Assembly (NCBI GenBank): GCA_000708835.1
Contig: DF237441.1
Span: 1-64,000, forward strand
Direction: 5' to 3'
Length of the DNA stretch: 64,000 nt
From: Klebsormidium nitens
Lineage: Eukaryota; Plantae; Klebsormidiophyceae
Shown here piece by piece: positions 49,761 to 62,185 of the stretch (within the stretch, counting starts at the first letter, position 1; every line of letters starts with the position of its first letter). Below the pieces are notes generated by a model, which was not told the origin of the DNA, did no database searches, and saw nothing but the letters and a program-made list of their open reading frames with translations. A program made the translations under genes and the position numbers.

Positions 49761-52420
49761 TTAAAGCTGGCCCGGCTGAAATTCCCGGCTCAGCTGTGAG
49801 CCGACCACAGGAACAACGCAGGGTCGGCTCATGGCCCCGATCCACGGCTCATGCCTTCGAAGCCCGGCTCACGTCCCCAGTCACTCCCTACTAGTCACCC
49901 GGCTCAGTACCGGGGGATCCCCGGCCGGGCCTGGCTGACCGCCGCGGCCACCGCGCGGCCGCGACTCACGCACTCAGCTCACAAACTCGATACCGTGACG
50001 TTGCAAAATGCCTGGTAAAGTGGCTGTAGAAATGGCGGACAATTCTGTCACTACATCAACCGATGTTCTTTCAGCTGAAAGTGGTAGGGAAATTTGAAAC
50101 AAAGCTCATGCCAGAAGGGTATTACTGTAGAAGTAGTGTTTGACATGTGAGAGCTGGGAACTCGCCTAATATTGTTTAATCCCAAATTAGAGTGCTCTGG
50201 AATGCTCGTGTCAAAACTTATGATCATGTCCTGAGCTGGCCAACAACCGCGGGTGGACAATCATTCTCAGTTTCTCATAGCGTTGCTAGCTTGCAGAACC
50301 CCCTGGTATGGCAGTGCTCTCTTCTTGAAAGCGCTACGGGCTTAGAGATTGGCCACTCTTTGTGGGCAACGGTCTTGTCCACAGCGGCAGCCGTATACAA
50401 TGCAGTGGCACACGCGTGATATCTGGTTGGCGCTGGGGCATGTGGTGTTCATTCATGGGACAGGATGTGACAGAAGGTCCATCCAGGAAGCGCGCTTTGC
50501 GGAGATGGAATGCCATCTAAAGAACCCTTCGCCACTTTGAAGGTGGGCATTCAAAGAACAGAAGACTGGCCTCGGCAATATGACCCCCAAGACCTCCTAT
50601 AAGTTCTTGCATGCAACCATTCAAAGCGTACATGCAAGTCAAGATTGAACAAGCCGCTTGTTATCTGCCCTTAGCATGTCAACACATAGGTACTTTACCG
50701 CTGACAAGCTGGTTACCCGAGGAAGGGGATGAGCCAGCAGACCTTGAAGCCTGTAGAGTTAGGGTCTGAGTAGGGTTCGTCGCATCTGAGGGAACCGCAG
50801 CAAAGTTGTGCTTATAGTCAGAACGTAAAAGCCAATCACTTTTGCCTTTGATTTTCTCGAGAAACCTCAAATTGCCTGGTCATTTGAAATGAGGCATGGT
50901 GATTTGAGGTAATATCCAAGCAGTTATACCTTAAAGGTTTGCTACTAGCTTCAAACTTTGTTCAATCTTTTCGTTTGGTAAACGAGTCTCTGACTTTCTG
51001 ACAGGCTGCAAAACTCTCTTTTTACAAGCCTCCTTCCCTTTTAGTTTGATACGTCGGTGTCCATGGTCCAGACCAGAACACAAGAAACTCAAAATTCTTC
51101 TGATGTCAATATCCAAAAGCTTGAATCAATGTGCAAAAACACCGTCACGTATTGCTGCAACAAAGCGTCATGTTTCTTGCAAGGCCGCAGGCACTCCTGT
51201 CGCAGCGAGGCTGCATCAAGGGGCGCCGTGCTCGTGGACACATGGGTGCCAAGGACCATCGTAGGGCGCATGCATGAAATGAGGAGTGTGGTCACGCCCA
51301 ATGCGCTGCAGTCCAGGAAGCCACATTGAGGTTAGTCGCCTCTTCATAGTCTTTATCTGGGGAGGGTACTTCCGTACAGTACAAGTGAAGGTGGTTTACA
51401 CTTGTCTTGGTAGCGAAGTATTCCGTTCTGAAAGTAGCGGCAATGTGTTGACCGGAGGGTGGCACAACTGAAGCTGACCTCTGTCTCTGATCAGAGGACC
51501 CTTTTTGGATTCCTTTTTTATTCATTGCTCATTGCAATGTAGAATAGATCTCATGGGCAAGTAATATGCAGTTGCGCTCGTGGTCCAGCCTCCGTCTTTG
51601 CTCTTAAAGAAAAGTCATTTCGGAAGAGGCGAATGCTGCACAGAATTTATCTCAGAAGGCCTAGCAATCTCTTCAATGTATTTTTTTGAAGTTCATGCAA
51701 GCAGCCAGAGGCACTTTGAAACCATTGCTTCATGAAAGATGTCAAGAAGGGTTCTTGAAACTCTGCATGACAAGCATCATAACCAGTCAGTGATCAGCTC
51801 AGGCTAGTCGAATGGTGACAGCTTCGCCAACAAGTGTCTTGCTTCCATCTTTGTCGCTTTGACAAAACTGAGTGTGGATTGTTTCCTTGGAGGGTCTGGG
51901 TAGCAGTCATCAGAACTTTGTACAGTAGGAGAGAACAGTGAGCGGTTTTAGTGTTCCAGTCCGCTCTTGAGAATCGTCAACGAGGACTTCTGTCCTTCTT
52001 TGCTCCCGTTCCTGCCTGTTGGCAGGCTTGGCCAGCCATATCCCCCAACAAACACTCGTCTGCAACATCCAATTTAAAATATTGGCAATCTGGTATCTCT
52101 TATTGCGCGCTGCAAGAACCGGGCCCTTTGCTGTCGTTAACGAGCCTCAGGGTTGATTCCGTGTTGTTTCTACCAAGCTCTTCACCATTTCGGACAGTTG
52201 TAACCTATTCATAATACTCGCTGTTTGAAACCCAGGTCTCGAGTCATCAAGGCACGCCCGAGAGCCTCGACTCCAAGGGCAGCATCTTCTACCATTGGCA
52301 CCGCAGGGACTGGACGCATCGACGTGTCTTAATAGGTGCCCACGTTCGGCGCCGCGCTACAGAGGTTCAGGCGTTTGGGGATGGGGACTAAGCAGCGCTC
52401 GCGAGGGCGCCGATGATAGT

Positions 52421-52720
52421 GGACATTGTCGAGCCCTTCTGGGTAAGCCTCTAAGCCCCTCGCCAACTCTTGAATTAATTGTTTGCTGTCGAGCCCGGCT
52501 ATGGGTGACTTCGGGGTCCGCTGCCTGCTCCCGGTTTGACCGTTTGCTGCCGAGTTTTATATGGTGAGCTTCCGAGTCAGTCGCTTACTCTTCGGGTTCA
52601 GCGTTTGCTGACGAGTCTTCTGAGATTAATTGCCGATGTGTCGCTCACTCTCGGTTTGAACATTCTCCTGTCGAGCCCATTAAAAGGAGCTGCCGCAATA
52701 TCTGTCGACTACTGTCAGGT
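52421..52720. repeat. Degenerate minisatellite, ~5 units with 60-61 bp period
   Basis: Core GTTTGCTG(T/C/A)CGAG(C/T) or its remnant at about 52421, 52481, 52542, 52603 and 52663. Confidence 0.65.
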
Positions 52721-53959
52721 TGTGTCCTTGCTGTTCAGTTTATAGGGTAAGCTCTCCAAGTACGTTTCCTTCTCTTGGAGCAACTCAGCCTCATCTGAAT
52801 CTCATCGTCTTTCTGTCAACCGGTCGTATGCCGCAACTCGAAGGGGTGGCTTTCATGTCGTAACGGGCTGTGCGTATCCGGGTTCCAAAGACCGTTCTCG
52901 ACACTCTTGCATTCGAGGACATTCGTCAAGTCTCCCTGCAATAGGCTGCAGACGTCGTTTGAGAGCTTCTTCGGGTGACGCCGCCTTGTGGCAAGACTCA
53001 ACCACCCTTTGTTTAGTTCTCGAAACTAATGTAAAAGCAATTCGCGGATTTCAAATCGATTAGTAAAGAAACATAGGAGGATGGCGCCTCAAAACAATAA
53101 CACTTCTTCTCCTTCGTTCCTCAGATGTTGGCACGATCGCTTCGCCCCCCCGCTTACGCTATTTGACTCCTCCCCTCCCCCCCCCACCGGACCCTTTCGG
53201 ACAGTCCCCGGCGCTTCCCTCGCCGCCTGAATCCGGACAATTGACTGGTTACCGTTCTCGAGGCTTGCTCGCGAGCGTCGTCGAGCGCGGCGTCCCGACC
53301 GCGGGCACGCCCACAGAGGCGTGCGTCGTTCTCCGGGTCGTAATATTGTAGTGGAGAGGGCCGCCCGAATGATTGTGACGGGCCGGGCGAAGCATGGTGC
53401 AAGGCGACAGCTAGAGACAGAGCATCGAGAACGTTCGGGGCCGCCAAGGGAGAATCGGGGCCCGCGCTTCCGGCTTCGCCCGACACAAACTCCTACACCC
53501 TTCCCGGGCCTCGACTTGCGTGCCGAACGGCGCGCCACCCGGGCAGCGAAGGCGACCCGAGCGACGGAAAGCTTTGGGTGTCTTGCTCTCTGGAAGGAGT
53601 GCAGCTCCGGGCGCGTCACCACGACATCGTCGTGGTCCTCCGGGGGTTTGGGGCCGAGCCAGACTTGTCGGCGGAGACAGGCGGTCATTCTGGAGCGCAG
53701 GAAGCAGCGAGGCGGCGTGGTGCTGGCGCTTATGGATGTTGTGGTCGGCCCGGAACATGACCGAAGACTGTGCCTTGGGTGAGGGCTCAGAGGTTGGCCC
53801 CAAGTTCGGCCAGAAGTACATAAAATGCCCCCAACATTCAGCAGTTTCTGGCGCTCCTTTTAGAACGTTCGCAGCTCCCTCGATTCGCATCCGACCTTCC
53901 TTTTGCTTTGATCGTGTATCTTCGGAATGCAGTCGCTGGGCTGTGTTTGCAAGGGTTCT

Positions 53960-54113
53960 GATGCGTTAAAAGAGTCCCCTGTGAATGGCATATTGCAGCG
54001 GCGCTAATGAGTCTTTTGGATCAGGTACCCTGTAACGATGCATTAAAAGAGTCCCCTGTGAATGGCATATTGCAGCGGCGCTAATGAGTCTTTTGGATCA
54101 GGTACCCTGTAAC
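53960..54113 (+). repeat. 77-bp tandem duplication (76/77 identical)
   Basis: GATGC(G/A)TTAAAAGAGTCCCCTGTGAATGGCATATTGCAGCGGCGCTAATGAGTCTTTTGGATCAGGTACCCTGTAAC at 53960 and 54037. Confidence 0.95.
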
Positions 54114-55961
54114 AACATTGAGTTGCCACAGTACTTGTCAGCCGGTGATCCTCTCCTTTGAGGCGCTAGGACTGGACCGCTGGCTTTCCTTGAGAGGCCT
54201 GATCTAGCCTACTCGATCCTTCAGCCTACCCGATCTTTTTGGTACTAATCGAAGGTGTCTCGTTTGTGTTTGCAGTTGTTGCCTTGTTGCGAGCGTGTGC
54301 CTTGGCTGGTGGGACGGTGCTGGACTAAGCCATGAATTCCTCTTTTAAGCCCCAATCTGGCCACCACGCATTCGCACTATTGAGCAGAAGGTAAAAGAAG
54401 GCGTTCCAGTCCTTCAGACGACAGGCTTGCTTGTAGGCGGGCTTGCGCTTGCAGCCCGGTTGGTCAGGTCAACATTAGTGATAAGGACGCTGACTCCCCT
54501 CAATATGTTATTGAAGTGCATGTATATTTCTCCGTCTGAAATCTTAAACGTTTGAGTCAATGTAAGCTGTACCGTGCATTGATAGTTGTGTGCGTATGGT
54601 AAGCAAACCACGTCGGGTTGCCTGATCGGTTTTATCGTGAGGCTTTACTTTTGCTAGGCTGAGAGATTCGCGCTTAGTACTGCGCAATTGTGCATAGGCT
54701 ACATGGGTTGTTGATTCGATCGGTCGGATTAGCGAATAAAATACTCAATTGATGCCAGTGTCGTACAACTTTGCGGGATCGTGCTATGCCTATGAAACTA
54801 ACGGTGATGCTTTGCATAAGCCCACCGGCGTGCCAGCGCGGCAGCCGGCGCTTCCGTGCGCGTGGGCGCAGCCAACGTAATTTACTGTAATACCACTGCG
54901 ATGTTGCTCGAGTCGGATCGGATCATGGCATCGGAATGATTGAATGATAATCGTTGAACCAGGCTAAGTTTCCATGGCATTTGATCTATAGCAGCTCATT
55001 CAATTACCTTCATGCACCCCAACTTAATTCACCTCCTAGAAATCTAGGTAGACTCAGTCCATTTACTTAAGGATAGATTTACTTAACATATATATGTATT
55101 CCTGAATATAATGTTGTTATAAGTACGGACAAAGAACTTTCATGATGTGATTCCGCGGTTCCACACATCCGATCAGATACAAATTAAGCAGCCGGTACCT
55201 GACTCCGTTGATCGGATTGATATCCTAAGTTTGAAAAAAGCTAAACCAATTGGCCGCGTTACTTCTGTCAATAAGTCGTATACGTTGTGGCATGCGTGCG
55301 CCGCACTGTCTCGGAGTGGAGTATGCTTCGTATATTTTGAATACAAGTAATCTACGATGCACCCTCAATCGATCCGAGGCTCTACTACGCACTACGTGCA
55401 TACGGTACATCTAAATAATATATATTATCATAACCACGGATGGAGGACTTTTCGTGATATCATGTAATCGGTTCAACCGCACATGCTTCCATCATATTTA
55501 CCAATTAATTATAAGAATTGTCATCATACATAACCAGGGACGCGTAGTTTACAAATGTGCCAACTATGCCATGATCACAAATGCCGATATTGTTCTCTTC
55601 AATCGAAATACCAAACATATTTGGAACAGGATGATGGAGCACGCGCTGATCATCGCCGTGCAAAGAAAAGGGAAGCTTATTTCTATCATATTGCATTCGT
55701 GGACACGTTATCAGCTTCGAAGCACTGGCGGTTCATTGCCAAGGCACAAATCTTGTCTTGTACGATCCTTATAAGCATTACGCAAGTCTACAAAACCCTA
55801 AAAGCAAAAAAATCACATACACTCAGAATTGTGTTCTGCAGGACATCATTTACAGCTCACCGCGCCATCTCCAAATCCGCGTCCTCTAAGCGACTTTTGG
55901 ACATCAGGCGCCTATAACCTAAACACATTCGAACCCGACTGTGTACCAATGAAACATCTAC

Positions 55962-58900
55962 TTAAACAACGACTCTACCCCCTCTTCTGCCGCGCGGCTT
56001 GTAATCGATGGCAGCCGCCGCAATCTCATGCTCCGCGCGCTCCCCCAGCAAGGCCTGGTCCTCGAGACGCTTCCGTTTCCACTCCCGTTCAGCCTCTGTC
56101 AGCATTAAGCCGTTGTCGGTTTCCGAGGTGTCCCTCTCCTCCCGCCGCCGCCACGCAATCCGGGCCAGCTGCTCGCTCGTGCCGTGATCGGTCGCCTCTA
56201 GTGGGGCACCATTGGCGACCTGCAACGCCTGCATGTGCAGCGAACGACCGTGGTCCTGCAAGCCAGGGAAGGCCGTCCGGATGACCGCCTCGGCGAAGAA
56301 CACCTCCTCGGCAGGGGTGTTGAACTGGACGACGACGGGCAGGATTCGGGACACCATGGAGGCCTTCCAGAGGTTGTTTCGGGCGAGGAACTTTTCCGCC
56401 AGCTCCGGATTGTAGTTGGTCTGGAGCATGACCAACTCGTCCGGAATCTCGAAGTCCTGCCAGAAACCCCGCCCCATGTCTCCCAGCCCCCGCACTGGCA
56501 CGGGACCGTACGTGTCCCGGCCCTCCTTTTTGTTGAGGAAGCGCGGCACCATCTCGTCGTCGTCCGCTTCCAAATCCACCGACTTGGCGTCATCTTCGGA
56601 CTCGTAGTCCGATTCCAACCTTTCCCCGTTGTCCCCTTCCCCGTCGTCCGCCTCCTCCTCCTCCAATGACCCGCTTTTTTGCGCTCTCTTCTCCTTTCTC
56701 CGGCTCGCTTGCGTTTCGCCCGCCTTCCTCGGAGTCCCTCTGCTCAGCCGCCAGTGGGTCGGCGCCATTCAGCGTGTCGGCCAAGATCCGGATGAAGCTT
56801 CTCCTGAGCTCCAGATGAGCGCCTCCGGTAGCCTCGCACTGGTACACCGCCCTTTGCATAGTCTCTTCCAACGGCAGCTCCTTCCAAAGTGCCGTCCGCA
56901 CGACCACCTTGGCGAGCTCGTCGGGCGTTCTGCCGGTCATAAACATCTCCCCAGGCTGGACGACTAGCTGCGGAGCAGCTGCGGCCACCGTGATCGCCCC
57001 ACTCGAGCTTGAAGCCGCGCCTGCCGCGGGCCCTCCATCTAGGAGCGCACCTTCGTACCCAATCGCCCGAAGCAGGTTGGGGTCCGGCCGCGCGCCCGTC
57101 GGCCTTTCCCGCCAATGGAAGACCTCCCTTCAGCTCGAACCCATCAAACTCCGGCTCCCCTTTCTCCCGGTCCCTTCCGCCCAGCCGCTTTGCATCCCGG
57201 GTGAAGCGGTACAGTGTTAGAACGTGGGAGTTGGTGCCGGTGGCGTACTTCAGCTGCGTTGCCGAATAGTACGGCCCTAACCCCTCTAACACAAACACCG
57301 GGAGCTTTCTCAGCATGGCTACCACCGTCTCCACCTCCATCTCTTGATGCGCCGCTTCACTGAGCCCCTCATTGGACCACTGCTTCCTCTGCGTCTTCCA
57401 GTCGATGACGTGCAAGGGTGGGGAGACCCACTCCTCTTGTTCCATCCGGGCATTGAGGACGTACAGAATTGCGTCTTCGAGGAACGCAGTCCGCCCCTCC
57501 TGCCCCGCTCCCCATCTCGAATCCGCTGGCGCCCCGTTCAAAACCCCCTGCCCCCGTCTCGCCGTCCCCTTCAAGAACAGCTCGTGGATGTTTCTTAGCC
57601 GAAGCCTCCACCTGTCCCCGTCGTCCTCACCTCCAGCTGCGGCAAGGAAGTAAACGCAGATTTCAGAATCGTGAACCCGCACGCATCATTTCAAACAAAC
57701 GAGCTAAAGAGTCGAAATTTGATATGCCCCGCTTTGGCTAGGGTACCCGCAATATGGGCCTGAAACGTCAATATTCTTGTCATGTTGGAAACATGCGATT
57801 CGGGAGAACGAGGTGCTGCAGAATACTACCATCACGCCATTGCTTTTACAACATGTTAAAGACTTTGAGTGTTGGCTGATGCTTGGACCGGTAGAACGCC
57901 ATCTTCCAACGTTTCAGACACTTGCATCCAATGGGCATACGTTGAAAGGTACCTGAGCGGATGGCCTTTCGCCGCGGGCCTTCCAAAAAGTCAACCATAA
58001 CGCCGATGGCCACTCGGCCATCCGGGGTTAGCTCTCCCTGCCACGCCCGCCGCCACGCGCTGTACAGCTGGCTGTATACTGAGCTGCCGTCCAGATCCGC
58101 TGCATTAGCGGCTAGCGTCGCGGAGACGTCGATCTTGACATTGAAGAACTCGGGGGGAGGCGCAGAATCTACAAAGTTACCAAACAGAATCGTTTTATGT
58201 ATATGATGCTCGCGGCATTACTCATTGCTACATTTGGATATGGCATAAGCAGCGCGACTCGGAGAAGGAGTTCTGTTCGAGATAAAGCACATGAATGAAA
58301 CGAAAGGATGCCGTTAGATGCGTCAATAATATCAATATTGTTTAAGTATTTAATGCAGTTGCCTGTCTTGCTTGCCGGGTCTTTTATGATCCTACTGCAA
58401 ATGTGCCGACAAAGAAAGTCTGCCCATGCACAACACAATACAAAAACGTGTATGACAAGATCGGGACAAGATCGTTCTTTTCGAAACCAGCAGTTTAACA
58501 AACTAATACTCAATCGAAACAAACAAAGCAGACGCACCACTAACTCCCCCAGCACCACCAGTTTCTTTCTCGTGAGTGTCGCCACCTAGGCCCCGGCCAC
58601 CCGTCACCACATCTTCCGCCTTAGCGGGCCCCGCCCCTTTTGTAGACCCCACTCGTGCACCTAATCTACTCGGATTCCCCTTGCCCCGCGCCATATTTGC
58701 CCCTTGCCCGAGATGCCACCACCTATTTGCCTTGCTTCCCCCGCTTGCTTCCCTCTCTCTTCTGCCGCCTTGAACGTTTCAGCCCCGCCTTGCGCTGCCT
58801 CTTGAGCGGCAGCGCGCTCCCGTTCCCTTGCCTCTCTCTCCTCCCGCTCGATCTGCTTCGGCGGCTTCCACCTTTCCGCGCCAGCAGGCAGATCAGGGTA

Positions 58901-61696
58901 GTACTCCCTCTTGTCGTAGGAGCGCCCGTGCTCCACCTCCCTCTGCAAAGGCATTCTGTTGTTGTCGTCGTCGCGGATCACGCGGATCCGGCGCGCTAGG
59001 TCCAAGTCCTTCGCCTGGAGGGTCCTGCGCTTGCCGTGCGCAACGCAGAAGATGGCGTCCCCAAAGAGGCCCACGGTAAAGTCTTGGCTCGCCTCCAAAA
59101 GTGCGTCTAGAGCGGACGACTGCCACCTGCAAGATTTTCAAAACAGATTAGGATGCTCGAGATTTGGATATCCCTCCGCCCGAACGATTTCCAAATGCAC
59201 ATTCTGTTACGCACTTTTGGAACTGGACCGTCCGATTGGAAGGACAGGTNNNNNNNNNNNNNNNNNNNNNNNNNNNNNNNNNNNNNNNNNNNNNNNNNNN
59301 NNNNNNNNNNNNNNNNNNNNNNNNNNNNNNNNNNNNNNNNNNNNNNNNNNNNNNNNNNNNNNNNNNNNNNNNNNNNNNNNNNNNNNNNNNNNNNNNNNNN
59401 NNNNNNNNNNNNNNNNNNNNNNNNNNNNNNNNNNNNNNNNNNNNNNNNNNNNNNNNNNNNNNNNNNNNNNNNNNNNNNNNNNNNNNNNNNNNNNNNNNNN
59501 NNNNNNNNNNNNNNNNNNNNNNNNNNNNNNNNNNNNNNNNNNNNNNNNNNNNNNNNNNNNNNNNNNNNNNNNNNNNNNNNNNNNNNNNNNNNNNNNNNNN
59601 NNNNNNNNNNNNNNNNNNNNNNNNNNNNNNNNNNNNNNNNNNNNNNNNNNNNNNNNNNNNNNNNNNNNNNNNNNNNNNNNNNNNNNNNNNNNNNNNNNTT
59701 CTGTTACGCACTTTTGGAACTGGACCGTCCGATTGGAAGGACAGGTGTAGAAGCACATATGATTCCGGGAGTTGGTTATTTCTACCAGTGCAAAGAGACC
59801 CGCATACTTTTGCTGCGCAAATCATGCTAGTTGAGTTGCCGCTTCCTTCGGGAGATTGTTGCCCACATGATCAGAATGCTTGCATTTGCAACTTTGTTTA
59901 CCTGCCAGCTCAACGACAATGTGGGCAGCTCATTTCAAACACCAGATACCACAAATTCCTGCCCAAGTTGCTCGTTCCGACATGCTTGAAGCTCCACATC
60001 ACAGCCCAACGTAGTAATATCGAACAATAGACGTCAACTACTCGATTTCAACTGAGATGCTAACCTGCGGCCGTAGCTCTTTCCCCTCTTGTTCCACTCC
60101 GTGTCGCACAGCTCACGCACGAGCCGACCGAACGAGAGCCTGGGACGACAGGTTCCGTGCTCTTTTGGTACTTCCGGATCTCCCTGAGGGCTAGGGTGCC
60201 TGGCCTGTACCGATGCGGCTTCTTTGGATCACGCTTGGAGGTGGGAGCTGGACCTTCTGGCGCCTTGCGCTTGTTGCCTGCAAAACAAACAAAGTGCTTA
60301 TACTTTGCAACAAACCAATTGTATTAGGTTTACACAAGAGCCCACCATACTAAACTGAGACCATACACTAGTAGTTTAAACAAACAACCTAGCTGGAGCA
60401 GCTATGAAACCATTGCCTTGACCACCAATTGGCAGCTGGACCAAAAACGCCGCAAGTACCGTGTTTTAGGGACCCTCCGCTTGCAAACTAGGCCCAAGAC
60501 GCTCATGAAGTGATCAAATTGAGCTCAACCTTTACAGCCCATATACCACAAACTGCTTCTGCACTCTGTTTGGGAAACAACCAGCTCGTCAAGAATGCTC
60601 AAACCAAGTGCACTGAGCTGACAAAAAGATCCTCATGATCTTGCAGCTCAGCAAACATGCAGGTGCTTTGAACAAACCCATCATAGAACAAAGAAGGAGG
60701 TGGTCGTATTTTGGAATAAACCATATGCATTCCGATCAACATGAGCGCCCACCACTTTAAAACGAGAGTATGCACCATGTTCTGAATAAACTCCTAGCTG
60801 AAGTTGCTAAAGTACCAAAGCTTTGACGACAACTTGACAGCTGGTCTAAGAGGCGCCGAAGCATCATGTTCAAAGACAACCGGCGTGCATCTATCCCTAG
60901 GACGCTCATGAACCAGTAACATTTGAGCTCACATCTACAGCCCATTTACCATCAACCGCTCATGCAACCTGTTTGGGATACACTGAACCCGCTAGCTAGG
61001 ATGTTGTAACCAAGCGCATTGAGCTGACAAAGCGAGGCCTAGCAAATTCAAAAGCCAATACCTGCTGCCGCCTTCTTTGCCTCTGTCTCCCGTGCTGGTA
61101 GGCTTCTTGGTGCCTTGCTCTGGAACTTGTTCTTGCCCTTATCCCCTGCTTGCTGGCTGGCTCCTTCTGCTGCCTTCCCCTTGCTGTTTCCCCCAGTGGT
61201 GGCACTGCCGGGAATCCTTGGAGCACCGCTGCACCAGGCCTCAGCCTTCCCGTTGCCCCGAGCTTGGAAAAGGACTTTCTGTTAGCGCCCTTTTTCATTT
61301 GAGGCCCGGGGCAGCTTTGCTCGCTGCTTCGAATGCCGCTAGTGCGGCCGCCTGCCCCTTGGCGTGCTTCTCTGCCTTTCTAGCCTGCGCCGCTTTGTAA
61401 GCCGCGTGTTCTTCTTTGGTGACGTCGTCTGCAAGTGCAATCTGCTGCGCAAAAGTCAAGGGCTCTTGCTCCTCCTCTCCGGTGACTTCCGTAACTTCTT
61501 CAACATTCTGCAAGGGGATTGACATAAGAAGAGGTCCCTTTTCCAAGGGCGATCTCTTGCTATATGCGGCTGCCTCCAAATCCTCCGCTTCCTGCTGATT
61601 TAGATTTGCTTGCTCCGACAGAATGTTTGGATTCTCTAGCCCATTGACCTCTTCGTCTGGAATGTCATCGCTTGAAGACCGGACAACTGCTCTCAT
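55962..61696 (-). pseudogene. Giant histone H3/CENH3-fold gene, copy A (~1,100 aa when reconstructed; several frameshifts)
   Basis: Exons 61696-61062, 60277-60065, 59126-58538, 58168-57953 and 57636-55962, all GT-AG with matching phases 1, 2, 1, 1. H3 fold: [24 protein letters not shown]...[11 protein letters not shown]...RWQSSALDALLEASQDFTVGLFGDAIFCVAHGKRRTLQAKDLDLARRIR. Frame breaks near 61290, 60143, 58700, 57125 and 56664. Confidence 0.8.
59250..59698. other. Assembly gap (449 N) with an identical 48-bp sequence on both sides
   Basis: 59202-59249 equals 59699-59746 (TTCTGTTACGCACTTTTGGAACTGGACCGTCCGATTGGAAGGACAGGT). Confidence 0.95.
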
Positions 61697-62185
61697 TATC
61701 AAGCGCAGTGAAAGCAACGCCAATGTATGTTCGCGGCTGTTTTGAGCGCCTTCCAACTTTGAACTTCAGAAACCTACCATGCAAGCAACCTGAATTTTGG
61801 CCGTGCATGGGCCGAGTTTGAAAGTCAATTCAAGACACTTCGTAATTTGCGTTCGATTTCGATAGCTTGACAGGCTGCAGCGTAGGTGTAAAACCCACTA
61901 TTCGTCGACCTATGACCGGTTTCGATGTTGTGAGCCTTGAGTCGACCTATATAGGCTGCAGGAGCTATATCGTCGAAAATGAAGTAAAAGAGCGGGAGCG
62001 TGACATTCGCCAAGCGTGTGAGACCCTAAGCAAACCCTAATTTAATCGAACAATCCATTGCAAGCTAGTTCGTCAAAAGTCTGCCTTGAAACATAATTTT
62101 TCGTGGTCTCTTTCGCGGAGGGCGCCGCCTCCGATCAGCCGCAAGCTTCCAACGCTTCCTTCATTTGCAAAGGCCGTGCATCAGC
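61697..62185. promoter_or_regulatory. Candidate bidirectional promoter between the two H3-fold genes
   Basis: ~490 bp between divergent ATGs. Central palindrome CCTATATAGG (61946-55), telo-box AAACCCTAA (62032-40), E2F-like TTTCGCGG (62111-18). Confidence 0.45.

Noticed and set aside
53089-53890. Overlapping 110-199-aa ORFs on both strands
   Set aside because: GC-rich Arg/Pro-biased frames without motifs; possibly another decayed exon, but strand and frame cannot be fixed.
53960-54113. Direct repeats considered as a CRISPR array (also 27229-27315 and 52421-52720)
   Set aside because: No unique spacers, wrong unit sizes, eukaryotic context, no cas genes.
58959-60030. Long ORFs spanning the N run
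   Set aside because: Artefacts of translating Ns as X.
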